DNA of 64,000 nucleotides from Eledone cirrhosa (lineage: Eukaryota): assembly GCA_964016885.1 (NCBI GenBank), contig OZ024746.1, forward strand, positions 1,364,001 through 1,428,000. The letters are read 5' to 3'. Below the pieces are notes generated by a model, which saw only the letters and a program-made list of their open reading frames with translations, searched no databases and was not told the DNA's origin. Positions within the stretch are counted from its first letter, which is position 1. Every line of letters starts with the position of its first letter. The translations under genes and the position numbers were made by a program. This document shows positions 1 to 11,562 of this stretch, in pieces.

Positions 1-215
1 CACAGACACTCGTACCCTTAAAGAAGTTCTCAGGAAGATTCAGCGTGACACAAAATGTGACAAGGCTGGCCTATTTAATTACAGGGACAACTTATTTTTG
101 CCAGCTGAGTGAACTGGAGCAACATGAAATAAAGTGTCTTGCGCCGCCGGGAATCGAACTTACGACCTTACGATTACGAGCAGAGTAAACTAACCACAAA
201 ACGACGCGCCTTCAC
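1..215 (-). mobile_element. tRNA-derived SINE
   Basis: B-box gttcgattccc and core gcaagacactttatttcatgttgctccagt; relatives near 5045-5160, 59930-60070, 62455-62625. Confidence 0.7.
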
Positions 216-286
216 TGAGAACACACGTTGGTGGTAGCTAAATACAAACAGAGCAGATTTTGTATATTTCCTAAAGCTGCAGTGTC

Positions 287-345
287 TTTTATCTGATGAA
301 AGCGTACCAATGTGTCTTGGTACCCTTGAAATATATATAATAAAA
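287..345 (+). ncRNA. minimal type-I hammerhead ribozyme motif A
   Basis: ttttat-CTGATGA-aagcgtaccaa/ttggtaccctt-GAAA-t-atat-a-TA|ataaaa; predicted cut after 339. Confidence 0.75.
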
Positions 346-389
346 TAAATATGGTTTTATAAATATAGTTTCCATTTATTTAATATCAT

Positions 390-435
<46 letters not shown>

Positions 436-437
<2 letters not shown>

Positions 438-666
438 AACAAGGTTCAATGAATAAATCAAAGAATGAGTTTTACAATAGATTGGAAGCACTCAACAAAC
501 TACCATGACTGAATCTTAACCATCTAGTATGTCAGGGTATGTCATGCATCATCTTATTTTATCTGATGAGGACGTACCGTGCAACTTAACTCAGTACCTC
601 TGAAATATGTATAATAAAATATACTTGATCACAAGAATATCTATTTTGCTAATATTTTGAATTAAT
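436..666 (+). mobile_element. (TA)n-flanked ~230-bp hammerhead-carrying element (Penelope-like pLTR or retrozyme-like)
   Basis: Diverged inverted copies at about 7326-7585 and, internally deleted, 6675-6856; all adjoin (TA)n. Confidence 0.55.
555..621 (+). ncRNA. minimal type-I hammerhead ribozyme motif B
   Basis: tattttat-CTGATGA-ggacgtac...gtacctct-GAAA-t-atgt-a-TA|ataaaata; 8-bp stem I; predicted cut after 613. Confidence 0.75.
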
Positions 667-1308
667 ATATATATATATAAATGAACACTGGCGAGAGCTT
701 CAAGATAGTAAAGAATCATCTGTACTCTACCAACATGCTAAAATAGAACATAAGGGTAAATTAAAGAACATAGAAATAAAAATAGAATCTACACACAGAA
801 AAGACGCAATGTTTAGACAAATCACAGAGGCAATAAACATAAATGAACTCCAACCAAAATTAAATAGAAAGCATGAATGGAATAGCAACATCACAACTTA
901 CAATTAAGGACAAAATGAAAACACACACACACATAGAACAAACAACCAACCAGTAACATGTAAATAAACAAATAAATAAACAAATATAAACACACACAGA
1001 CACCCGGATGTAACACATGCGCAAACTAAGCACACAACACACACAAAAACAAGATGGCGTAGGACAGAACAAAGGAGAGGCACAAAAACAAAGAAAAGAA
1101 TCCCCAGTCACTGAAGAGATCACAGAATGTGTGACGAAAGAAGTTTGACAATATATGAACAATCGTCTGGTTGTGGAACCAACCAACCAACCGGAAATTT
1201 ATAAATTCCTAAATTTATAAATTTAATTTATAATAAATTGAAGTGAAACCAACTGGTGCGTGTGTTTCTTATTGGTTTCTTATTGACAACATGACCCTCC
1301 CAAAGTAT

Positions 1309-1350
<42 letters not shown>

Positions 1351-1585
1351 GTGAGGTTTTTTTTACAAAATGAAAAATAACCGAAGTGTCCTACACGAGT
1401 GAAAGTATAAAGAAAAAAAGATGAAATCGAAAATGCAACTGGAGTCTTATTTAAAAAAATATATATATTTATTTGGTTCCTGTACCGGGTAAAGGAACCA
1501 AATAAATATATATATATTTTTTAAATAAGACTCCAGTTGCATTTTCGATTTCATCTTTTTTTCTTTATATATATATATATATATT

Positions 1586-2280
1586 TCTATTTATTGCCAC
1601 GAGAGCGCAAAAGAAGATGACAAATACAAGGGGGGAGTTTACACAAAAAGGCGAGTAAAGAAAACAAATAAATATAAAATTAACAATAAAGTCCTCAATA
1701 GGGAGGAGGCGTTTTGGGGGGTCGCACACACCCCCGAATAAAGTGTGCAACCCTTCTCCTCAGGAGCACAGAGAGAGGGTGATCCCTCGTTCCTTCATCT
1801 TTTTCACCTACAGGCTGATGTAGAGAGAAGGCCCATTCACACGGGCCATTCTCGCCACTTTCACCCACCTTTCATAAAAACGACTGGGGTGGAGCACCTC
1901 TCTCTCTCTCCATCCTGATCCTTCTTCCGAAATGATATCGGAAGAAACGGACCAGTTGTTGGCCAGAGAGAAAGGTGCCTGACCTGAGTCCTTTCAGACG
2001 CGTCCACCATACAACCTCTTTCACCATGGCTATTACGCACAGAAACACCGCCTCTCCTTCATTTTTGAAGGGGAGAGGCGGCTTAATCGTTACAATAGCC
2101 TCGGTCCGACCCGTGATAGCAGTCGTTCGACATAGCCCCACAGATCGGCTACGCCCGAGCAGTGTACCAATGCGTGTGCAACGGTTTCCTCGTCGCACAC
2201 GCATCTGGGACAGATCATTTTGGCGGGGTCCCTACCCGGGCGCCCGTGTCTGTAGAGCTTTTCTCGTTTCTCGAACGGGT
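1586..2280 (-). mobile_element. 3' fragment of the Tx1/L1-clade LINE family
   Basis: Encodes ICPRC...ETVAHALVHC and KPPLPFKNEGEAVFLCVIAM, closely similar to the 39500-40210 region. Confidence 0.9.
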
Positions 2281-2401
2281 AGAGAATATATAAACAATGA
2301 GTTATATGGTTTCTTGATTCTTCAACAATATTAGTATCCTTGAAATACGTATAATAAAATAAATATGGTTTTGTAAAGATATTTTCCATTTATTAATATT
2401 G

Positions 2402-2472
<71 letters not shown>

Positions 2473-2708
2473 TTCGTCCGACGTATTTTGGTTGTTTATT
2501 TTTTTTTTTTTTGGGGGGGGGGGGGGTACAATTTAGCTACACACACATACATACCATACATACACACATACACACACACATACATCCGATCCTATAACTC
2601 CTGATGGAGTTGTAGGGACGCCATATTGACGGCGTTGTCTAGGGATCTTCTTTAAGCCTGGACCACAAGGTCAAAGGAAAATACCTAAAGAAAGCGCCTT
2701 GCTAATAT

Positions 2709-2900
2709 ACGAGGGTCAGCTGAAAAGTTCATATGCTGACTATGAAGGAGTGATGCTAGAGCTGTGAAATCTTGCATGCATTTATTTCAACTCTTCTTAT
2801 TAATAACTGCATTGTTTCTTTCCAGGGACTAAATAAACCTCATTTGGTCATTCCATGAGAGTATCTTGGTCAACCTATTAACTTTTCCCCCGATCCTCTT
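2709..2900 (+). mobile_element. mariner-type MITE
   Basis: tacgagggtcagctgaaaagttc terminus; inverted near-identical copy at 5575-5751. Confidence 0.7.
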
Positions 2901-2939
2901 ATATCTAAATAAAGTGTCACGGTCTTGGGTCACCAAGAA

Positions 2940-3043
2940 TGATGCAATAACCTCATTTGGTGATTCCATGAGAGTATCTTGGTCAGTCTTGACCAGCCTA
3001 TATGTAAAGTGTCAAGGGTTTCGGTCAACAAAAATGATGCAAT
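2940..3043 (+). promoter_or_regulatory. two C/EBP-ATF (CARE/AARE) elements TGATGCAAT
   Basis: Exact TGATGCAAT at 2940-2948 and 3035-3043, 400-510 nt upstream of the CHAC ATG; TATAAA at 3314-3319. Confidence 0.6.
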
Positions 3044-3447
3044 AGTTGTATTGTAGATGTTAGTAACCGGTTAGATAGGAGGAGGGGGAAATATTGAATG
3101 GAGATAAGTACCGCCCACAAGGAAGATCTTAATATCTATTGGCTATCTGGTGAGAAGGAGGAGCTAACAATTGTTCATAAAACAATTTCACAGTCAAGCG
3201 ACTGCTTCAGTTTTTCTTACGACACGAAAAAAGAAGCGAAATATTTGTTTAAAAAAACGTCTGCTAACATTTTAGTTGCCTGTCATTACTATTGACTAAC
3301 AATACATACATACTATAAACTTAACATCGTAAAGGACATTTATATATTGTAAAACGTGCTCTATCGATCATAAACAGCTGTTATTAGCTGGACTGACTTT
3401 GTTGCTGGATTATTGGAATCTCTGGTGAAAACGATTCAACAGCAAAT

Positions 3448-3606
3448 ATGATAACCCAAACGAAAGGATCTATGTGGGTGTTCGGGTACGGCTCCCTAAC
3501 CTGGAAACCAAATATCTGCTATAGAAGAAAGCTAATTGGGTACATAAATGGTTTCAAACGAACCTTTTGGCAGGGGAACACATACCAACGCGGTACTAAA
3601 GAAAAG
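3448..3606 (+). CDS. CHAC1: ChaC glutathione-specific gamma-glutamylcyclotransferase, coding exon 1
   Basis: MITQTKGSMWVFGYGSLTWKP...FWQGNTYQRGTKEK carries the ChaC signature WxFGYGSL and FWQG..RG; GT donor at 3607 (AAG|gtaaac), phase 0. Confidence 0.93.
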
Positions 3607-3667
3607 GTAAACTTTATCTCTCTCTCTCTCTCTCTGTATATATATTTATAAAACTGTTTATATATTG

Positions 3668-3732
3668 TATTTTATCTGATGAAGGCATACCATATTTTAA
3701 TTTGGTATCCCTGAAATATGTATAGTGAAATA
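3668..3732 (+). ncRNA. minimal type-I hammerhead ribozyme motif C (sense, CHAC intron 1)
   Basis: tattttat-CTGATGA-aggcatacca/tggtatccct-GAAA-t-atgt-a-TA|gtgaaata; stem I kept by G-U wobbles; predicted cut after 3724. Confidence 0.75.
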
Positions 3733-3919
3733 AATATGGTTTTATAAATATAGTTTCCATTTATTTAATATCGTATATCTACTCCAAAAACTTGTCGAGT
3801 GCTTTATATCAGTTATAAAATATTTACTTGTTGTATCCCAACAATTTTAAATAGAACTTTTGCATATATGTATGTATGTATATATATATATGTATGTATA
3901 TATATATATATATATGTAT

Positions 3920-4556
3920 GTCAGGTCACCAGTTGGTGCTACTGGTAACATGTATCCCAGTACAACCTGTCTCATGGTCGGGTCGTTGGCGACTAAACTG
4001 GCAACCCCACCAAGGTTTCTTGGTGAGGAGGGTGACTTTAGACATCCTGCAGGACTAAAAACAAAACCTGTCAAAGGGCAAAGGAGCTCTTAAGAGTCAA
4101 TGGCCATCCAAAATCACCGGGAGAGATGACCCCTTAGCCTTTGTCAAGGCAGAATTCTAGGAGAAGGAAAACTCTGATATAACACCTGCAACCCTGATGG
4201 TAATCCAATGATGTTGACTTGTTCTTCTTTTTGGTAAATATCATCTTGGTTAAGAGAGTGGGACTGGCTTTGTGCAGTGCCTTTGCTCACTATAAAAGCT
4301 TCACGGCACAGGCATTGCTTTATATCTGGAGATCTCTCTGCACTTGTCCTCACATGGGCCCAGCACTATGTGTCAATAGTTGTCCTACCATGGGCCCAGC
4401 ACTATGTGTCAATGATTGTCACAGGTGTAGTGTTTGTACCAGAGGTTTCAAGTCGCTGGCTGGACTAAAAAGTCACACTCGTTCAGCGCTTCGGTAGGGG
4501 TTCTCCTACATGGATGTAAAGTAGTGGCCGTACTCGAAAACGAGTTGGCAGCCACC
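3920..4556 (+). mobile_element. non-autonomous RTE-derived element (5' UTR joined to 3' Zn-finger end)
   Basis: ctaggagaaggaaaactctg 5'-UTR-like motif and CSVCTRGFKSLAGLKSH; (TATG)n borders; second copy at 29069-29540 (-). Confidence 0.65.
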
Positions 4557-4640
4557 ATGTATGTATATCCACACACTCCTTAAACCTGCAGAAATTCAGT
4601 GCTTTGTCAATCAATTTTTTGAATGCATATGTAAGTGTGC

Positions 4641-4921
<281 letters not shown>

Positions 4922-5574
4922 GAATCTACGTACTCTACAATCTATGGTTATAGAGAGAGGGGAGACCTGGTCTCGAGGCGCTCCATCCACATGGCGATGT
5001 TTACAGTTGCCACTAACCATTGTTTATATATCTGGCTATATCATGGCTTCGTGGTTAGGCCGTTGGACTTGCAATCGTGAGGTTGTGGGTCTTATTCCCA
5101 GACAGGGTGGTGTGTTGTGTCCTTCAGCAAGACACTTTATTTCAGTTTACTCAGCTGTAGAAGTTGTGACGTCACTGGTGCCAAGTTGCATCAGCCATTG
5201 CTTTTCTCGTGTGTGTATATGTGTATGTCTGTGAGTGCAGGTGTTTATAGAGTGTATGTATATGTATGTATATGTGTATGTATGTATGTATGTACGTGTA
5301 TGTATGTACGTGTATGTATATGTATGTTAAGTGTATGTATGTATATGTGTATGTATGTATGTATGTGCGTGTATGTATATGTATGTATATGTATGGGTGG
5401 GTGTATATAACTGTGTATATATATGTTAGTGTATATATAAGTAGGTGTAGAAATCTACGATAACTTCTTTTAATCGTGTCTTCCTTCATTTTCACTTTCT
5501 TTGTTCTTCTAACTCGTCTCCGCCCAAATTATTTCTCACGTTGCTATAATTAATTACCTAATCACATTCAAGGA

Positions 5575-5751
5575 GAGGATCATAGGTTGACCAAGATACT
5601 CTCATGGAATGACCAAATGAGGTTTATTTAGTCCCTGGAAAGAAACAATGCAGTTATTAATAAGAAGAGTTGAAATAAATGCATGCAAGATTTCACAGCT
5701 CTAGCATCACGCCTTCGTAGTCAGCCTATGAACTTTTCAGCCGACCCTCGT
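5575..5751 (-). mobile_element. mariner-type MITE, inverted copy
   Basis: Reverse complement of 2709-2880. Confidence 0.7.
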
Positions 5752-5782
5752 ATATGTATATATTGAGTGCAAATAGATTAAG

Positions 5783-5836
<54 letters not shown>

Positions 5837-5966
5837 CGAAGGAAGTGTGGTAAGGAACCAGGTGGACCCTAAGGCACCAGAGTACTCGAAACTATGGGTA
5901 GTAGAGTGGGTAATAGGAAAATAGTCAGGACCCCGACGGCTGAGCTCCGGCCGTTTCGACAGCTAG

Positions 5967-6004
<38 letters not shown>

Positions 6005-6413
6005 CTGTTTCTACTTTTGGCACAAGGCCAGCAATTAACCCAGTACATTACTGGTACTTTATTTTATATATATAACCTAGGCTATATATGTTCGGGGTAT
6101 TTTGTTTACGTCAGACGTTCCTTCCATGTGTGTCTGACTTTCCTGGTTTCAGACGAGTGTTTTAGTTGAACGGAACAACCTGGTCCTCATTAACATATGT
6201 CTCCCTGGTCCTCATATTAACATGTCTCCCTGGTCCTCATATTAACATGTCTACACATTCTGCCCTGTTACACAACAACAATAACAACATTAACAGCCTT
6301 GATAGTCAATAACATACGTCAGAGCACCCCCTACCTCTCCTCACATTTCTTTTGAAATGTCATTTTATTAGAAAACTCGTCTATTTTGGTAAAAGAAAAC
6401 AGCAACAACAACA

Positions 6414-6465
<52 letters not shown>

Positions 6466-6538
6466 AATGTGTGTATACACGTACATATATATATATATGT
6501 CTGTGTGTGTGTGTGTGTGAATGTGTGTATACACGTAC

Positions 6539-6587
<49 letters not shown>

Positions 6588-7021
6588 TGTGTATACACGT
6601 ACATATATATATGCTTGTGTTGAGTGTGTACGGTAACGTAGGGTGTGTATATATATATATATATATATATATTCATTCAAAATATTAACAAAAATAGAAC
6701 TTCATTGTGATCAAGTATATTTTATTATACATATTTCAGAGGTATAATAAAATATTTTAAATGAATATTAATAACTCCGGAAAACCATATAGCTGTTGAG
6801 TGCTTCCAATCTACTGTAAAACTAATTCTTTGATTTATTCATTGAACCTTGTTTAACCGGAGATTTACCCATTTGCATTGTCGAGTCTTCCAAACGACTT
6901 AAAGATATTTATTTACTTAAAGATATTTATTTATAACAGATTAAAGTTTAAGCAAAGAATCGGTGTATTGAGTACCCTGGTGCATTATGGACCACCTGGT
7001 TCCTTACCACACTTCCTTTGT

Positions 7022-7089
<68 letters not shown>

Positions 7090-7370
7090 TTAGAAACACA
7101 CAGATACATGCGGACACACACATATATACATGAATGCATCCGCACCCAACTGTGAGTTAAGGGTGCCAACTTCACCGATGTTGCTCAATGAATGACCGGG
7201 ACAGACCAATTCAGTTGAACTAGACTGAACCAGTATCAGAGTTAAAAATACATTATGAAGAGAGAAGAAACATTTAGATATAATTAGTAATAAAATGTAT
7301 CATACCTAAACATATATATATATATATTAATTCAAATATTAACAAAATAGATATTCTTGTGATCAATTAA

Positions 7371-7435
7371 ATTTTATTATACATATTTCAGAGGTACTGA
7401 ATCAAGTTCAACAGTACGTCCTCATCAGATAAAAT
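7371..7435 (-). ncRNA. minimal type-I hammerhead ribozyme motif D
   Basis: Minus strand: attttat-CTGATGA-ggacgtactg...cagtacctct-GAAA-t-atgt-a-TA|ataaaat. Confidence 0.75.
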
Positions 7436-7586
7436 AAAATGATACATGACATACCCTGACATGTTAGATGATTAAGATTTAATCAAGGTAGTTTAAGGTA
7501 CTACCTCTGGAAAATATTGCTGTAGAGTGCTTCCAATCTACTGTAAAACTCATTCTTTGATGTACTCATTGAATCTTGTTTAACTC

Positions 7587-7638
<52 letters not shown>

Positions 7639-7846
7639 TTGTGTTTATGTGTGTGGTGTGTTCGACATTGTACGGTTACTCAGCCTCCTCTTCCTTCGTC
7701 TGTAACTCTGTAACTTTCCATCCTACTTCACATCTCTTGACATAGCTGATGACAATAACACTATAACCTACCACTACTACTACTACTGCTGCTGCTGCTG
7801 CTACTACTACTACCACTACTACTACTACTGCTGATGCTACTACCGT

Positions 7847-7900
<54 letters not shown>

Positions 7901-10258
7901 CACTACTACTACTACTATATGTAAACAGTTATAATTAGAAGTAGGCCGTCTGTTATCTAAGGGACCACACGCATGTGTGACTAGACATCGTAAACACGAG
8001 CTATGGCGACCCCATTGAGGGATATACAGGAGAGGGAGCACTGAAAAGTTCCTTAACACCCTTAAATCGCACCCTATTTAGGAGGGTACCTCAGATAATG
8101 TAGTCTTAGACCGCTGGACATATGTGGGTGGGGTCATGGCTGAAGTGCTTTTCATCATAGGGTCTACTGAATTGAGGTTGATTTACAAAACAATAACAAC
8201 GATAACGACGACTTCAGTTCAAAAACTAATACCATCAGATTATCAACACGTGTCTGAAGTAAACACTCGTCCCCCGCCCCCTCCCCTCCTCCTCCTTGAA
8301 ACATTTGGGCGAGCTGTGTCGCTGACTGGGAAGTTCTTGTCATCGTTAGCTGCTCACCTTACCAAAGGTGTCAAGTGATTCATGTGAGGGTGCTTGGTTG
8401 TTTCAACGCCTTAGCCTCGCCATCACCCACGGTAATGTTGCGAGAGTGTTGGCTTGCCTCAAAAAATTTCGTTGACCCTTGTGGTGTGGTGTGTGTGACC
8501 CATTGTCGCACTTGCTGGTGAAGTTGACCCTTCTGGTGTGGTGTGTGTGACCCATTGTCACACCCAGTGTTAAAGTTGACGCTTGTGATGGTTGTTTTTG
8601 TTTGTTTATTCTCTCGCTTTAACCATATATGTTAGTACATTATATTTGTGAGATTCCTGGCAATAATTCTATTCATTATGTTTATATTTGTGTTTATATT
8701 TTCAATCTGTAAGAACTATAAACAATATGTAATGTTATTTCTAGAACTGTGAATAAAGTTAGCAGCTGATAAAGTGGATAAAGTTACCAAAGCTGATCAG
8801 GTGTTATGATATGTCAAACTACTTCATTGTTGTTGTCTGCTGAAGAGAATCAACACTGCACATTCCTCTTTCTATCGACTGTTTTAGTTTGTTTAAAGTG
8901 TAGCCGACCTCGATAGAGGCAGACACTGCCATCACATGTACATATAACGTGTTTTCTTGGGAAAATAGGCGAGGGAGAAAGATGTTGTTATTTTTCTAAA
9001 TATTACATCATCCAGAGATAGTTAAATTGTTTGTAGAGTATTTTCTATGTAAGTATGGTGGAGGGGAAGTCATACAAAAAGAAGAAAAAATAGATATCCG
9101 TATTTACTTCAAGTGATATGACCTTTTTAGTAAAAATAACCCGCCAGTTCTGCTATCGTTGTTTGTCTTATAAACTGGGCGGTATTTTCCTATGTTTTTC
9201 AACATTTCAATGGTATGTATGGCAGAGTCGTTAGAACGTTGGATAGAATACTTTGTGCCTTTCTTTTCAGCTCTCTGCTCTCTTGAGTTCAAATCCCGCC
9301 GAAGTCAACTTTGCCTTTTATCCATTCAAGGTCGATAAAAAAAAGTACCAGTCTAATACTGGGGTCGATTCTTCCTCTACATCTCTTTCTCACTTCCTCT
9401 CTCTCATTCTCTCTCTCCTTCTCTGGAAGAAATCTGCTGTATTCAGACCTGGAGAGGAGATGGGCTCGACCAGGTTTTAAAAATGCCCTAGAGAGAGAAC
9501 ATCTGACGGGTAGATCCCAATAAAGTAATCTAAAATAAGGACGCATCACAAACATCTTAACCTAAGGGTGGAGTCCAAGTTAAGAACTCTTTAAAATTTC
9601 GAGAATAATCAAGAATTTGGAGAAATTTGGTAATATAACATTCTCATTATGATGATGAGTTTGAGACGGTTGGTTGCCAAAGGGTTAAATCGTTCCCAGA
9701 AGAATGGAAAATAAAGTTGTTCACTGGCAGGATTTGAGCTGAGAACGTAAAGCGCGGGAATAAAATAGCACAAAATATCTTGTCCGATGCTCAAACGATT
9801 TTGCCACTCCATCGCTCTTTAAAGTATTATTACTAAGAAAAAAATTAACTTTTGTGGTTCAACTAGCTCAGGCAGTAGTACACGTGTTTTTAGTTTTATA
9901 TCTTCACATGAGAACAATTAGAAAATATATTTTTAATTTGAAACTAATGGAATGTTATTGTAGAGCGATAAAAAGATTCAGAAAATCCTTCTTTTTTTTT
10001 TTTTTTTTCGTAACTTAATTAACAATAAACAAAGCGATTGACTTAAGAAACATTGGAAAAGTATGAAATGTGAAATGTAAGCGTCCTAACACAAATGATC
10101 GTAATAATTGTTTCTACTTTTCGCACAAGGCCAGCAATTACCCAGTACATTACTGGTACTTTATTTTATCGACCCCGTAAGGCTGAAAGGCAAAGTTAAC
10201 CTCGGCGGGTTGACCGTTAGAAATAATAGTTGAGAAAATCGTGTAAAGTACACAGAGA

Positions 10259-10796
10259 CATAACTTAGTCTTGTGGTCTAAATATAACTTAGTCTTGTGG
10301 TCTAAATATAACTTAGTCTTGTGGTCTAAATATAACTTAGTCTTGTGGTCTAAATATAACTTAGTCTTGTGGTCTAAATATAACTTAGTCTTGTAGTCTA
10401 AATATTACTTAGTCTTGTGGTCTAAATATAACTTAGTCTTGTGGTCTAAATATAACTTAGTCTTGTGGTCTAAATATTACTTAGTCTTGTGGTCTAAATA
10501 TTACTTAGTCTTGTGGTCTAAATATTACTTAGTCTTGTGGTCTAAATATAACTTAGTCTTGTGGTCTAAATATAACTTAGTCTTGTGGTCTAGATATTAC
10601 TTAGTCTTGTGGTCTAAATATTACTTAGTCTTGTGGTCTAAATATTACTTAGTCTTGTGGTCTAAATATAACTTAGTCTTGTGGTCTAAATATTACTTAG
10701 TCTTGTGGTCTAAATATAACTTAGTCTTGTGGTCTAAATATTACTTAGTCTTGTGGTCTAAATATAACTTAGTCTTGTGGTCTAAATATTACTTAG
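10259..10796. repeat. 24-bp minisatellite, about 22 copies
   Basis: Unit ataacttagtcttgtggtctaaat. Confidence 0.95.
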
Positions 10797-10875
10797 ACAA
10801 AACAACCAATTTTCTGTCTGTAACTTAAACAGTTTTAAAGTTTCCTTTAAAATGTCCCTTTGTTCTCTCTTTTAG

Positions 10876-10911
10876 CCCGCACGTGTTGCTACATTGGTGG
10901 AGAGTAAAAAT
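10876..10911 (+). CDS. CHAC1: CHAC1-like coding exon 2 (36 nt, PARVATLVESKN)
   Basis: Polypyrimidine tract plus tttag acceptor and gtaagt donor; supplies the missing ChaC motif PGRVVTL; phase 0/0; not in the ORF track. Confidence 0.9.
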
Positions 10912-11562
10912 GTAAGTATTTCATTATTTTAATTGTTGTATATTTCTAAACTTAGTCAAATCAAACATGTTTGAAAAACCAAACTCCAGGCTAGAAATAG
11001 AAGTCAAATCTCCCTCAAATTATATTTTTAAAAAAAATGAAATAACATTAGATAATGCAGTCCTAGATAAACAATATCTGGATTCAATGTGGAGATTGTC
11101 ACATCTGGAGCGTCTTTGATCATAGGTCTACAACAAACAGAGCTAGCCTGGGACTAAACAGCAACAATAATAGCAGCAACATGATGAAGCACCTCTTCGT
11201 GGCAACAATCTGATCCCTTCTCAGAGTGAATGCAGGTGGCATCTACATGATCGCTCGACGTGCTGGAAATAGAAGGCAAATCAACCTCAAATAAGATCCC
11301 TCCCTATTAAAAAGGGAAAAGTCATATAAATAGATATATCCACAAAGATAGGATAGTGACAGTTGAGACATCTTTGACCCCAGGTCAACTCTATCAGAGG
11401 TGACCTAAAGATAAATAATTGTTTCTACATTTGGCACAAGGCCAGCAATGATCCAGTGCATTACTGGTACTTTATTTTATCGACCTCGTAAGGATGAAAG
11501 GCAAAGTTAATCTCAGCGGGATTTGAACTTAGAACGTAAAGGGACGTAACTGTGCTGCAAAG

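Noticed and set aside
1-215. tRNA gene
   Set aside because: A tRNA-like head continues into a repeated SINE core; no complete cloverleaf
3920-4005. Possible HDV-like ribozyme at the 5' end of the RTE derivative (ccagt/actgg, gtcg/cgac, ctaa)
   Set aside because: Could not place P1, P3 and P1.1 in the required order by eye; needs an RNArobo or Infernal search
10259-10796. CRISPR-like regular array
   Set aside because: No unique spacers, no cas genes, eukaryotic context; the same holds for all arrays here
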